A stretch of DNA of 54,660 bases, from assembly GCA_001642005.1 (NCBI GenBank), contig LWCA01000104.1, positions 1 through 54,660 on the forward strand, written 5' to 3'. The DNA comes from Intoshia linei (Eukaryota > Animalia > Orthonectida). The notes below the pieces were generated by a model. That model saw only the letters and a program-made list of their open reading frames with translations. It was not told the DNA's origin and searched no databases. The number at the start of each line of letters is the position of its first letter. Position 1 is the stretch's first letter. Below, in pieces: positions 11,155 to 24,700 of this stretch. Position numbers and translations under genes: made by a program.

Positions 11155-13529
11155 TTATTTTGTGTCTGACTGTCGAAGTCGTAGATTGTCGTCTTTCTCT
11201 GGTGATGAATATTCGTCAATATTTTTTTCTTGGTTTTCAGTTTTATGTTCATTTTCAGCTTCAGCTACTTCAGTTTGTTGCCATACAATATTTTCAGCGC
11301 CATCTGCTTCAGGTGTTGTGGGTATACTGTCATTTTTGAAATACTTTTCTCTAAAAGTATGAAATTACTTATTCAATCATGAATCGATAATTTCAGGGTA
11401 CATCCAAGGTTAAAGTGTTATTTACATTCTGAAATAATATAGATATGCCCAGTCCGTAAATAATTACGGTTAAATAAATTATATGTCATTAAACGATGAG
11501 TTAAAATGGCAATTTAAAATTTGTCTTGGGATCTTGTTCCCGAACTCTCAAGTGAGTAATATATAATAATAATAAGACTAATACATTAGATACATTAAAA
11601 TACTAAATAATAATGCTACAGTTCACTAAATTATGAATCAAAATTTACGTTTAATAATTTGTATAACATAAAAATGGTTAGGAAACACTGGGTTACAGAG
11701 ATATTTTTTTGAATGTCTAGAGCAGAGGGGTGGGGAAGCATCTACTGTTCGAAGGCAACACTAACGTCTCAAAAAAGTTTAATAAGGCCGCACCTTTCTA
11801 AATAAAATTTAATCAAAAACAGTAGTGATTATCATGGATGAGTGGTCAACGCCAAGTGGAGAATAATTTTATTAGGGGGGTGATACGAAAAATTTAGATA
11901 ATTGGGGGTGAATGATAAATTTTTAGCATATTTTATTCAATATAGTAAATTCTTATGAAAAAAACCAAAATTTTACAACCCTTAAAAAAAATCCACTTTT
12001 ACCAATTTTTTTTGAAAAACTCCCATTTTACTAAACTTTATATACAAAATCCCTCTATCTGATCCCAAAAGAAAAAACCTAATTTTACTAGTTGGAAAAA
12101 AAGCTCTTCATTTTTATATATGAGATGAAATAATTTTAAATAAAAAATAATTCAAATTGTTCAAAAGGCCACACTTTCCCCACCTATGGTCCAGAGCTGT
12201 TTCATTTTAATCTTTTTTTGAAATTTCAATTGATCTAATGAAAAATTTCCAAAATTGAAAGACTAAGTTATATGAGAACATTCTTACATCCAATCATTTT
12301 TATTAAAAATCAAAAAATTAAAAAATAATATAAATAATAATAATAAATAAATTAAAAAATTAATATATCAAAAACAGACATAAGTTTATACATGATCCTT
12401 CCTTACATGAAATTGCATGTATCTATTGAAATTGTGACGCATTTTATTACATTGTACATTTAATATACTCAAGATAGCACAATATTTTCCAATTACTCAA
12501 AATGATTACATCGGTTATTTATTGCATTAGAATCGAAATAACTAAGCGTGGAACTATTTTACAGATACTTTAAAACCTAGGATTTAATCTCTGAACCATT
12601 TAAAAGTATATTACCATTGTAATAACTAAATATTTTGAAAAGATTTTATTAACTTTGATAGAAAATAAAAACTTTATAAAAATTACTTAGAAATGGCTCG
12701 TACGAGTCGTACATAACAATAAAAAATTACATAAATTTAGGCATAACAAAAATATCAATTCCAGATTGCGTGGGAAAAACGTCCTTAAAATAGAAATATA
12801 CATGACCTGCAAAAATGCCAATAAGATCAGTCCAAAGAGATTCTCCCATAAGCAAAAACGATATAGAAACCAAAACCCAGGGCAAATACGGTGCCCTAAA
12901 CGTAAACAATCCCATCATGTTAATCAAAACATTAGGTTTTCTTCTGGACCACAAATAAACAAACTATAAAATAAAATGAATAATGCAACAATAAATCATA
13001 CCACCATCATCAACGAGTGACTAAGGAATATAAGATTTGATAATACCCCCAATATCTAAAAATTTAAAAATAACAAATAATTTTAATTTTTTTTAATTTT
13101 ACCGTAATTATAATAAACGTTGTAACGATGAATAATAAGAAATTTGGTGTTTCATTCATAAAAGTTTCTTCTTCAAGCATTCGAGAATGACGATATACAA
13201 ATATGATATTGAATATAAAATTAATGCCAAATGGACCGAAATAGAATATATTTGTAAACAAGCGCCATATCTAAATTACATAAAACTTTAATATTGTTAC
13301 ATTATATTGTACCTGGAAATTTTTGATAATTAACGGGAAATTAAGGTATATTTGGTACGGAGTGACTAGTTCGAAATGCTAAAAATATATAAAAAAATAT
13401 AGAAAGTAGTAACAAAATAACAAAAACTAAAATTACAGTCAATAATGTCATAATAAAACAAGAAGAGGTGTAGTATCGAGTGAATGGAGGTATATTTCTA
13501 TAATCTTCATACAATTCTTGCATGGCCAT
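11155..13529 (-). CDS. DERL2: Derlin-2/3-like ERAD rhomboid pseudoprotease; multi-exon
   Basis: YRNIPPFTRYY, QIWRLFTNIFYFGPFGINFIFNIIFVYRHSRMLEE, WSRRKP...GLFTFRAPYLPWVL and DLIGIFAGHVYFYFKDVFP are Derlin-2/3 motifs. The last exon (11155-11350) encodes an acidic tail ending LRQSDTK*. DERL2 and DERL3 cannot be distinguished here. Confidence 0.93.
11723..12188. mobile_element. hAT-type MITE in the last Derlin intron
   Basis: Imperfect TIRs (CAGAGGGGTGGGGAAG ... CTTTCCCCACCTATG) flanked by a near-perfect 8-bp TSD, GTCTAGAG / GTCCAGAG. Confidence 0.7.
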
Positions 13530-13739
13530 TTAAAACGTATTTTAAATCTAATCAAATTAATTATGTTTATTCTTGAATATACAATGTAGGAAACTGCGTT
13601 GTAGTATCGCAGGTGTTTTTAATAAAGTTGCATAAATTGAACGTTCTTTCAGTCTAGTTTTATGTTTTTGTAAATTTGATTATATTGTATTTAATCATTG
13701 TTACCTCGAACCATACGTATTAATTTTGCATTTCACATT
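13530..13739. promoter_or_regulatory. Putative bidirectional promoter between Derlin and the orphan gene
   Basis: 210 bp separate the divergent ATGs at 13529 (-) and 13740 (+). Inferred from gene arrangement only. Confidence 0.4.
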
Positions 13740-14856
13740 ATGAAAACTGTAGGTTTATTCAGTTTTTAATTTTTAATATTAATAGTAATATGAAATATTT
13801 TTTTGCGGTTATATAAGATGCATTTTAGATACAAATATCTCATGTGATTCCAAAAATTCTGCATTATTGCAATTTTTAAAGTATAAATGCAGCATTCATC
13901 AAGATAAAGTTAACGAAACAATTTCAGATTCCTACGAAATTAATGTAATCAATTTATTCAGGATTATTTAATTATAATTTTAAATTGATCCTTTTTCGTT
14001 AATTCAATTAGATTCAGACTCTATGCAGGTCATGGGTGAAAATGTTGGAAAATACAATTTCATCAAAATGTCTGGTTTTATTTGTATTCTCATTTCATTT
14101 ATTTAGCGTGCATATATTGCCAAATCTTTTAACATTAAAGAGAAAAAAATAGTTGATGATTATAATGTAAGTCATTTAAGTTATTTTTTACATTTAATTT
14201 AGAAAAATAAACTTGAATTGGCAAGATTACACATTAAAAATATAAAAAATGATTTGTTAGATGTTTTACCTGGACATTACAACCTTTCACCAGATTCTAA
14301 GAGTATGGTTTACTTTTTTATGTTAAAAATGGTTAAATTATAAAAATAAATGAAATCTATACTCTAAAGCAGTTTTCCGAGAAATGCTCATGTAGCCTAC
14401 ATTTACGAAATTGTATATTATCATGGGTTTCTTTCTTACGGCGGGTCCATTTTTTTATTTGTTAAAGTTCGTTGTAATCCCTAATAAATGAATTTTTATT
14501 TATGTTCGTTTAATTTTTCTATTTTTGTGAAAATAGTACAACGGGGATAACCAGAACTTTGTATTATAAAATATTAATTAGAAACAAAGAAAGTATACAA
14601 AAGAGCTTCACGTAGTCAAAATGATATAAAATCATCTTCAATTTACGATGTTTTTAAATCTCATCAAAAAAACATGCACGTTCTTTTTTACGAAAAGAAA
14701 CCGGAACCGCATTCGTTGGATGATGTTGTTAAAGGTAGACGTAAACTATTTTTATCGAAATTGTTACTAAAAGAAGGTGAAATTAATAATGATTTATTAT
14801 TGATATCAAAATACTTGAAAATTATAATTTCTCGAAAATACATACAATCAAAATGA
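13740..14856 (+). CDS. Hypothetical multi-exon protein, no recognised domain (may extend to exons near 15396-15590)
   Basis: The frame is maintained across several short GT-AG introns: MKTVDTNISCDSKNSALLQFLKYKC...|IQTLCRSWVKML...|RAYIAKSF...|KNKLELARLHIKN...|...HVLFYEKKPEPHSLDD. Confidence 0.55.
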
Positions 14857-16161
14857 ATTTGAAATTTTAATCTTAATCTCATTACGCAAATTGTCAATTT
14901 TGTAAATTTTTTGATTAAATTGTTTTCCTGTACTGTAACTAGGGATTGGAACCGACTCAAAAAATACTAATAAAGCTATAATTCACCTTATTTAATTTTT
15001 CTTAATCGTGAGTTCACTTAAAAAAGTGGATCTGGTAGTTTTATTTAATTTATTTTAACCCATTTTCTCCCAATGTGACCATATGGTCAACAAAATGCAA
15101 ATTTTAAAAGGGAATAACTTTGATATTTCTTTGAGGAATTTTGGATAAATTTTTGAAAATATCAAATATTTATTTGAACATTTACAGATATAATATTCAA
15201 ATTTCCCTTCAAAATGTGATATGAAATTACAACGTTATAAATATTCATATCTGCTAAATTATATGAAATGCATATTATGGTTTGAATACAATTTAAATAA
15301 TGTAAATACCCAGAATTCGAAGAAATTAAATCGCTAATAAAATCCAAACAAATTTAAAAAATAAACTGTATATTATATTATATATATTATATTAGACATG
15401 AAGAACAATATTATAAAGTCGGCACCACGTTTAAAAGCTCAACCACCAATTTACGTAAAAATAAAGTTTAATTTTAATTTCTTCATAATATTTAAAATGA
15501 CAAACGCAACTCGAATAGATAGCGTTAAATGTTTTTGATTGCGAATTAGTTTTTCTATTTTAAAAATACATACTTTTAGTGCTAATTGCTTATCGAATTC
15601 TAAAATTTTCGAAACAATATTACACCCTAATGTGCTTACCCTTGTTTTTATCAATATCATATATCAATTTGGCGTGATGATATGAACATATCCGAAGAAT
15701 TATCTGAAAATCTTTATTAAATTGTTAATAAATAATAATTGAATTGTAAATTTAATCAAATTTCAATATCTATCAGTTTAAAATATATATAAAACCCTTT
15801 TCGTATTTTCGTCATATTCTTTTTTAAAAATTATTTCTATTTCTCCCTTTCGTATTTTTAGAAAATTTTTAATACATTTATGTACGTATCGGTTGACAAT
15901 TTAGCGATTTCATGTATACGTAAAACCTGAAATTTGCTTATTTCATCATTACATCTTTGAGGAATTGACACCATATGGTGAAATATATCAAAAGATAAAT
16001 ATGTAATCATTCTAATTATTAAAAAATTAATGTAAAAAATTATTTATAAAATGGTGTAATGGATAAATTTCATGAAATTAAATTTACATGTATATGTGGC
16101 ATGTATAATTATTCATAGCGGAAGCACTAGTTCTAATGCATTGTACTGTAGAATTTTTATA

Positions 16162-16326
16162 CAAAAAATAAACTTAAAAAACACTCATTACATTTTGGTA
16201 CAAAAAATAAACCTTAATAACCGTCATTATATTTTGGTTCAAAAAATAAACCTTAAAAACCCTAATCATATTTTGGTTCAAAAAATAAACCTCAAAAACC
16301 CTAATCATATTTTGGTTCAAAAAAAG
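16162..16326. repeat. 39-bp tandem minisatellite, about 4.2 copies
   Basis: The unit CAAAAAATAAACCTTAAAAACCCTAATCATATTTTGGTT starts at 16162, 16201, 16240, 16279 and 16318. Confidence 0.9.
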
Positions 16327-16972
16327 TATTTTATAATATTTTATGAAATGTTCGCTATTGTGATGGTCAGTGGAATAATTGCTGTTATGATGCTTTTCTA
16401 ATAGTCGCTGTTTTAGAACAATTTTCATCACGAAACAATTATTTCTATTAGTGTAATTATGTCACAAATCTGTCACATTTGACCTTTTGATATCAACGTT
16501 AAAATATATTTGTGCGTAGTTTTCTACCCCACGCGAGTAGTTGTGAAGGATGAAAGATAGGTTTGTACGTGTAATTATAATAATTATTTATTATGATTAA
16601 TATACTGATTTAATGATATTAATTAATTTCAATATTTTTTTGCAATGTACTGCTAAAAATTAACAATGAAAATAAATTAGTTTAACTCTACAATATCTGA
16701 TATCTGATATTGTTTTGAGATATAATTTGTTTTCATTTATACAAGATTATATAAGTTGATTACATTCTAATTTTATTAATAAATAAAAGTAAATAATTGG
16801 GTCTTGTACAAAAGAAAAATAGTCAGACTAAACTAATAATTAAATGAAACGAATTTTTAATTTTGATTTTATGACATTTAATTAAATTTGTTTTGTCGTG
16901 CCTAGCCGACAATTGAAATAAATGGGAACATTTTATATATTTTTAATTTTTCAACTAATGTGATATTTTCTT

Positions 16973-19900
16973 ATGGATTGTTATTATCCCCTTAATCCTC
17001 CAAAAATTAATAAGTATATTTCTACTTTATTTAAAATTTTTGACATTTAAACTTAGGAATGGGGCTTTAAACGGTTTAAAGGTAAATGGAGTTTATTGCA
17101 TTAATTTATCAGATAATTCATACAATATTATCAAATTAGAATTTAAATATCAAAAGAAATCAGACAGGGTATACTAATTTGCGACGGATTCAACGTTTTC
17201 AAGCCGTCAATTTTTTTGAAACGTGTAGTACTAAATTATACAAAAAAGAATCTGATACAGTTAGTGATAGATTTGATATATTACAACACAGGAAAAGTAC
17301 CAAACCCAAAATTGTTTTGAGGTGAATTATTAATATTAAATTTGATGCAATTAAGTATCTGAGTGGTTTCCATAATTTGAAACGTATGGAAGTTTTCAAC
17401 GAGGGGGAAATGGCTATTGCTTATAAATTAGAGTCAATATATTATACTATTGAATATTAAAATGTATATAAAAAGGACATTTAGAAATCGTGCTAAATCC
17501 TCGAATATAACTGGAGAAAATTGGACATTGAGAAATTCTAAAAAAATCGATTGTAATTGCTCAATCATTTTAAAATTATTTAAATTTTTTTTATTTAGTC
17601 ATTTTCATCAAGATATTGAATATATTTTGGAAACTAAAACTATCAATTATTAAAAATCATAAAAAATTTTACAATTTCATTAAAAATCAATTTCAATTGA
17701 CTTACAACATTTTTACTAATCAAACCGCAGTAATAAATTCATTTATATTTATAATTTTAACAACAAAATATTAAAAATAAAAATAAGGCTTACATGACAA
17801 AGAATACAATCGATCAATGTCAGGCTACATCGTTTTTTAATCAAAGACTTTTAGATTTTTTTTAAAACTCTTCACACTGTATTATAATTATGACTCTCAA
17901 TTTTACTTTCTATATCTCGCGACCCCTTATTAACAACTAAAAAAGTCGTAATTTTTATCAAATGTATACAATTTTAGAATTACTTTGACTATTATTGCGT
18001 CCATCAAAATCAATTACATAAATTCCGATACCAACAAGAAGATATGCATGCCATGTTTGCTGATATTTTAGTCGATGATCAAAAAATTAACCTCACTGGT
18101 ACTTTACATGATTTATCCTATTTATTATATAAATCTGATTCTCAAGCTGAAAAAAATTAATTTAAATGGTTACAAAACGATTGTAGATTCCTTCGATGAG
18201 ATTGAAAAAATATTTTTTAATATACATGTGTAAATACTAATAAAATATTTGAAAATTATGGAATAAAATTTTAGGATTTACTAAAAAAATTGTTGTATGA
18301 TGTTTTTTGAATTGTAATTTAGTCCGTTAATTCTATGTCTAATTCAGTTAATATCATTTCATTTAGGTATTACTGTTATAATGCTATATTTATCTAATGA
18401 AAATATTGAGTTTTATCAGTATAAAACAAATGATATTATTTCAATTATTATTGCAACTAAACATTTACAAATTGATGGTTTATTTTTAGAGTAATTTTAA
18501 TTGATAAATTTTAATGTATATACATAATTAATAGAGCAGTTCAACATGTCAAAAATTTATTGATATCAAATAATTTCATTTCATTTCATAGCCTTGTTGA
18601 ACAGGTAATTGATTATATAAAATGGAATATGAAGTAGATATGGTCAGTAGTTATGGCAAAAAATTCTAACCCTAACTAAAATTAATTATTTATTGAAAAA
18701 ATCGTTTTATGTAAATTTAGCAAGTATTTCAGTTATTGTGTACTTTGCCCGTTCTTTTTATAAATATTACCTTATTTATTATATCCAAATTGTATTAATA
18801 AATTTGTATATGGATTTTCCGTCAAAAATAGTGAGGACCCATGCAATATTGATTCGATTTTTCACGGGTAAGTATAATTATAATTGGATTTTACCCAAGG
18901 TTATAAAATTAATTCTACTATTTTTGAAATAAATTATTTGTTTAAAATCGCATTTTTTCGGTGGATTATTCATTAGTTCAATGGTCCCAACAAAATATTA
19001 CTGTTAAAAAAAAATTAAAAATAAATAAATTATAAATTAAAAGCGACATCTTACATTGTATACAAAATGGGACATACGGTCAAAAATACTTTTTGAATTT
19101 CAAACAAAAATGTTAAATTGGGACACTCTACTGTACAGCATGTTGTGCATTCCACATGCGAAAAATACAAAAATATCTATTTTCTATTCCATACATCAGT
19201 TAAGAGCCTTTACACTAGCTGCATTTACATATTAGTTAATAAATTATACATATGTATAATATACATTGTATTTATATTTTGTAGTATAATCTTGAAGATA
19301 CATTGAAACGTGTATGTGATGAATGGCTTTATTTAAATTTGATACCGAAGGTATTTATAATTTTATTACATTGATTTCAGTTGATTAATGACAATTGACT
19401 CAAATATATTTCAATCGTTTTGATGGAATTTCATAATGGAATCTTATGAATTCAAAAAAAAATAAAAATTTGAGATTTTTAATAAATTTATTATTCATTA
19501 ATCTTTAGTTGTCAAAAACAATGATATTAAAAGAATTATCATCATCTTATTTAATAGAAATTTTATCTAACGAAAAGTAAGAAATTTTAAATTATTAATT
19601 AAATTTAGATTGTTTACATTTAATGAATTCTGTATTTGCAAAATTTTATTTTATTGGATTTTCTTTCAAATAAACCAAAAATGCTCATCCTTTCCAAATT
19701 ATAATATTGTTGTGACATTCTTTAATAGGTTTATAGATGATTGAATTTATAAGTTAAATTGTTATGTATAATGTCGATTATTAATTTTAGTGATTTTAGG
19801 TAACGTTTTTGTTATAACAGAGTTTGACAATACGACACGCGATTAGGACAGTAAAGATCCAGCAGTAGGCCCGGTAAGGTGGAAAATTTAGGGCCATATA

Positions 19901-21718
19901 TTTAATGCCCCTCGTCATTTTAGGCTCGTGTCAGATGGCTCCCTAACCCTCTCCACTGTCCTTCCCGCGAGATGATGCAATTATTTTTAATTTATAATTA
20001 AATAAATTTTAAAATGGTTCACATCTTATACATCACTCTTCTAGTAATACTTTTATATGATAGTGCTTTATTAATCAGTGAATAATAATCACTATTACAA
20101 TAATATTTATAAATATTGCAATATTATAAAAATATAAAAAATATGTAGTTTAAATCAAAACGAATGCATATATAAAAGAAAGGAGTATAAAATATTAAAA
20201 ATCTTAAATTACGTTAGATTGCATGGAATAATTTATCGTAATGAATTAATTTTAATGAACTATATTTGAAATTTGTAGCTAGCGATTTAAACGATATTCA
20301 AATGATTAAAATCTTTGACCCTGAAACTGTCAATAAAATTATATTTTCTCAGTACAATATGGTATATAATAAATTAATCTATTAAATTATATATCATTGA
20401 AGGTATTAAGTTTGAACTCGGGAAATTTTAACAAATTATATAACGTTGGTATAACAATAACAACCTACTGTATATAGTTAGGTGATCCTCAATTTATTAA
20501 CAAATTGTAATTTATATCTCTTTAATTGTAAGAGTTTATCAGGTTAATCTTACTTAGGTTAACAATCGCTGTATATAACGTTACTTTGGAAAAAAAGAAA
20601 TAGCCCCATAATTTTTTTTTAAATTTCTTTATGAGTAATACCCATTTACTCATTATCAAACTTAGAATATATAAAAATATTTCAAATACACACGAACCAT
20701 TATCCAGCCTTGAAATGCTACATTTTATTTCATTTTTGATGTTGAACATGCGATAATATGTATAATCTCATATTAGATAAGAAATTACCTGTTTGTAAAA
20801 TAAATGATAAAAATGATAAATAATTTATTTACATTGTTTGTTAATGTTTAAATTATAATAATTTGCATGGCACTAAAAATATTAATATTACCTGTTATGT
20901 TAAAATTTTGCGCCAATATGGCGCGATTAAATTTTAAATAATAAATTAGTTTTGGAATGGAGGAGACATGCTTAATCTTTTGGGAAATGAAAAAAGTTCA
21001 GTGAGGTTTGGCTACATCATTGAAAATGTAAGTAAATTTTATATTAACAATAAATAAATACAAACAAATAATAAAAAATAAAAAAATAAAATATTACCTT
21101 ATATTTTTTGACAAAATCAGATCTCAATATGAACGACTTAATTTAAAAAAAAATGTAATCTAGCAATATATCTTCAAAAATTTGGAAACCAATCATTTAA
21201 ATTTTAAATAAAATCATTTAGACAGAAAAAGTATTTTCTGAGATTGTATCATTACATGGATATTATTTTCACTTATTTACAAATGAAATAATATCAAATC
21301 ATAACTGCCAATTTACGTTAAAGGTAAAAACACTAAACATTTTTAACTTTGAAACATTATTATCATCAATTTAGAGAATTCATCCAAATGCACCAATTTT
21401 ATCGTTTAAACAGCGAGAACGGGAAACATCTTCACTGCGAATTGACCGAGAAGTTATTTATAACATACGCCTTCAAACTTTAAAAAATAATACCCTTATT
21501 ACTCAAAATTCTGGATTTCATTTTGGTCGATTTACTACTAGTATGGCATGTGATAGTATCAAGGTTTAAATTATTTTATAACTGTGTAATACACAGTGTG
21601 TATGGTATTCAGTATTTATTACATTTAGACATTTACATTTGAAAACGCTATAACTCCAATATATTTAACGTTATATTTGTTCTTTCCGACTGCATCATAT
21701 AATTTTCCTAAAATGTAA
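16973..21718 (+). CDS. BTBD16: BTB/POZ domain-containing protein 16-like (germ cell-less related); multi-exon, 5' end approximate
   Basis: N-terminal RNQTGYTNLRR, BTB start IFIKILNIFWKL, and C-terminal exons NGGDMLNLL...SVRFGYII | SEIVSLHGYYFHL...FTLK | RIHP...SLRIDREVIYNIRLQ...FHFG | TPIYLTLYLFFPTAS...M* (TAA 21716-21718). These match my recollection of the BTBD16 C-terminus. The middle exons were not fully resolved. Confidence 0.75.
19844..19963. mobile_element. Short copy of a dispersed hAT-like MITE family (CAGCAGTAGGCCC...TGGAAA core)
   Basis: The same core occurs at about 30148, 33430 and 36980. The end CCACTGTCCT matches CCACTGCCCTG at 37230-37240. Confidence 0.55.
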
Positions 21719-21759
21719 ATAAATAAATTTTAAATTTTAATTAACCAACCTGAGTAATT

Positions 21760-24700
21760 TTATAAATATTCGGGGTCTTCCTCTCCAATCATTAATTTAT
21801 ATATACTGGTTGGTACAGTTTTCATATTTAACTAAATTTTATGTTAAATTATATCCTATTAATGTAATATGTCACTTACTTCACCAATAGAATTGGATAA
21901 AATGTACACTATGTTTTCATGTGGTGTATTTACAACGCTTTTAAAATTGATTTCTATGATTCTGTGACCGACTCGAACCCCTCCACGTTCAGCTATTCCT
22001 CCACGCAGAAGACTACAAATCTATCAAAGTGGATTATGACAAATAATTATTTGTTTAATTATATTCAATTGCATCGTAGTTATAAATTATAATTAAACTG
22101 AATGTACGAATGGCTCGTTACATAAATATTTACAATTATTTACATGGTTTATTATCATTGTAAAAAATTTACCACACCATTTTGAACACTGAATCCCAAC
22201 TGACATTTCAAGTGTTTTCTGATTATATTTACATCAATTACAGCAGGACAAGTAACAGTTTTAAGTTCTACGTATTTTTCTCCTTTGAATTTCTAATTTT
22301 ATGATATGTATAAATTACACGGTACAGCACTCAAATATATGTTTCTCCTGAAAGACGATTTATTGTCATCCAAAAATTCTAAATAGTCACGAATTCACTT
22401 AAGACAGAACATACGAAGCTTGAGACCTTCCGGTAAATGAGAACAAACCTATACAAAAAAATTCGAAGACGATGCGTAGTGTTATATAGTCCTATCCACC
22501 TCTACAAGGCGTTTGATTTGACATTTTAGATTTAACACACAAAAGAGTCATGCTAACTTAAGAGTTATCTAAGAATCATTGGTAAGTCATGTTATTTAAG
22601 AATATTATTCGTTTATGTTCATTAGGAAAAAGAAGCATTTTACAAAAATTCCGTCGAGTCCCATAAAGAGGGTCTAGGTACAATAAGTTCGGATCTGATT
22701 CATTTTATGTTGAAGTTAAATGTGAATATGTATATTTATTTTGAAGTTGTACCTTGATAGTTTTTACACATGTATCGATTGACAATCCAACCAAAGATAC
22801 ATTATTTATGGTAATTATTTTGTCGCCAACATTAATCTGTCCAGATCTAGCAACAGCTCCACCATTTTGCATTTTAGCAACAACTATTGTAGGTAATAGA
22901 GATCCCCAACCAGATTTTACGATAGCTATTCTAAAAAATAGAAATTATAAGCTAATTGTGTTAGTAATCATTTTTTATAAATTCATGGTAATCCTTCATA
23001 AATTATCATGAAAAAGTCTTGATGCAAGTATTTAAATAACATACACAATGTACATTATTTTATATTAAGGAATATACTAACCTACGATTATCAAAACCAC
23101 TCCGGAAACCAAAAATAAACCATTAAAAAAATTTTCGAAAACGATACGCAATGCCATATAGCCCTAGTCACTTATACACGGTCGTACACGGGACTGGACT
23201 CGACAGTTTATATTTTACATAATTTATATGATATCAAAAATTGATATTTTTATCATCCAGTTGTATAAATGAAAATTTCGTCCCGACCCTAAGAGAATTT
23301 TATGTAGACTATTCTCTGATCTGTATTAGGTTGTTAAAAGTCACAGTATCAAGGAAGATTAGTTACAGTACGGTTCTATGTTTGCGACATATAAATCAAT
23401 CCATAATGGGAAATGAAATAATATTAATCAAATTTTATGTATAACAATTTAACTATATTTAACAATTATAATAATTTAACTCGATTTTATGTATCTATCG
23501 TTTTTTGTTAGTTTTCCTAGTTTTGTTGTACATTTTTTTTTTTGAATTTAATTTCTAGTTCTTTTATTTTGGTCTTTACACGAGTTACCTTTTTAAGTTA
23601 AATTTTATTTATAAGCAATTCAAATTGTAATAATTCGCAAAATTTTATAAATAACATTTTAATAGTATAATTTGTCATGGAATTCTAAAAATCTGTGATT
23701 ATATCTGTAAATTTAAATTAATAAATAAAACGAATTTAAAGGTAAAATGCTAATAAAGTTAACTTTTGTTACTATCAATTTTCAAATTTAAATTTAATTG
23801 AACTTCATTTATAATTAAAACATTATTTTATTGAAAACATTTATAAATTTTTGGAAAATTATAAATTATTCTCTATAGCGATGAAAATTGCAACATTAAG
23901 GATATTTATTTAAAATTAATTGTGTAGTATCAATCATTCATTTTTTACGAATTTTTTTTTCTGATGAGTGAAAAAATTAATTTAAAATAAGATTACCCAA
24001 AATTCTCTCCCATTTTCTTAACAATTGTTGTCTAAAAATAAATTTAAAAACCGACTTACATTTAAAAACTTACATTTTTGCTAAACTTTTGATCTGAAAA
24101 CATTTTTAATTCTTCAGAGCAAATATTGTGAGGCAATTTTGAACATTTGACATAATAATCATAACTATTTGAGTCTATATTTTGTAATTTTGAGAAATTC
24201 TTGAATGCTTCATGAAATGCATTACCAATACTTTCACTTATTTTTTTAGACTAATTTTATTGATATATATAAATATGATCACCAGATATAATATCAAAAT
24301 AAAAAAATGTCAACTAATCAATAAATCTTTAATGTAAAATGTCATGTCTGCTTGTCAAAAAATATAAATTCAAAAAATAAAACTACGATATAAAATTGTA
24401 CAGTTACATTGTAATATATACTAATAATATATAATAGAAATGTATATAAATATAATATGTAAGTTAAATTTATTTTTTGCGCCATATTATCACAGGTAAC
24501 ATTTTAAATGTCATGAATATTCATTTGATATATAAGATAAAAACTTTTAATCAAATTAGTTGCCGCTATTTTAAATATTAACATACCAGATAATTTAGTT
24601 CAATCACCAAACATTATTATATTAAAATTATTTTATTTACAATTTTTTTAAAATGATTTGGAATTATGGTAATTTTCAATTAAATTTATCAATTATAAAT

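Noticed and set aside
15056-16070. piggyBac-like MITE (TTAA-CCC start, CCATATGG palindromes at about 15080 and 15970)
   Set aside because: There is no convincing GGG-TTAA right end, and the span would include probable exons.
16162-16326. CRISPR-like array
   Set aside because: The units are contiguous with no unique spacers, there are no cas genes, and the context is eukaryotic.
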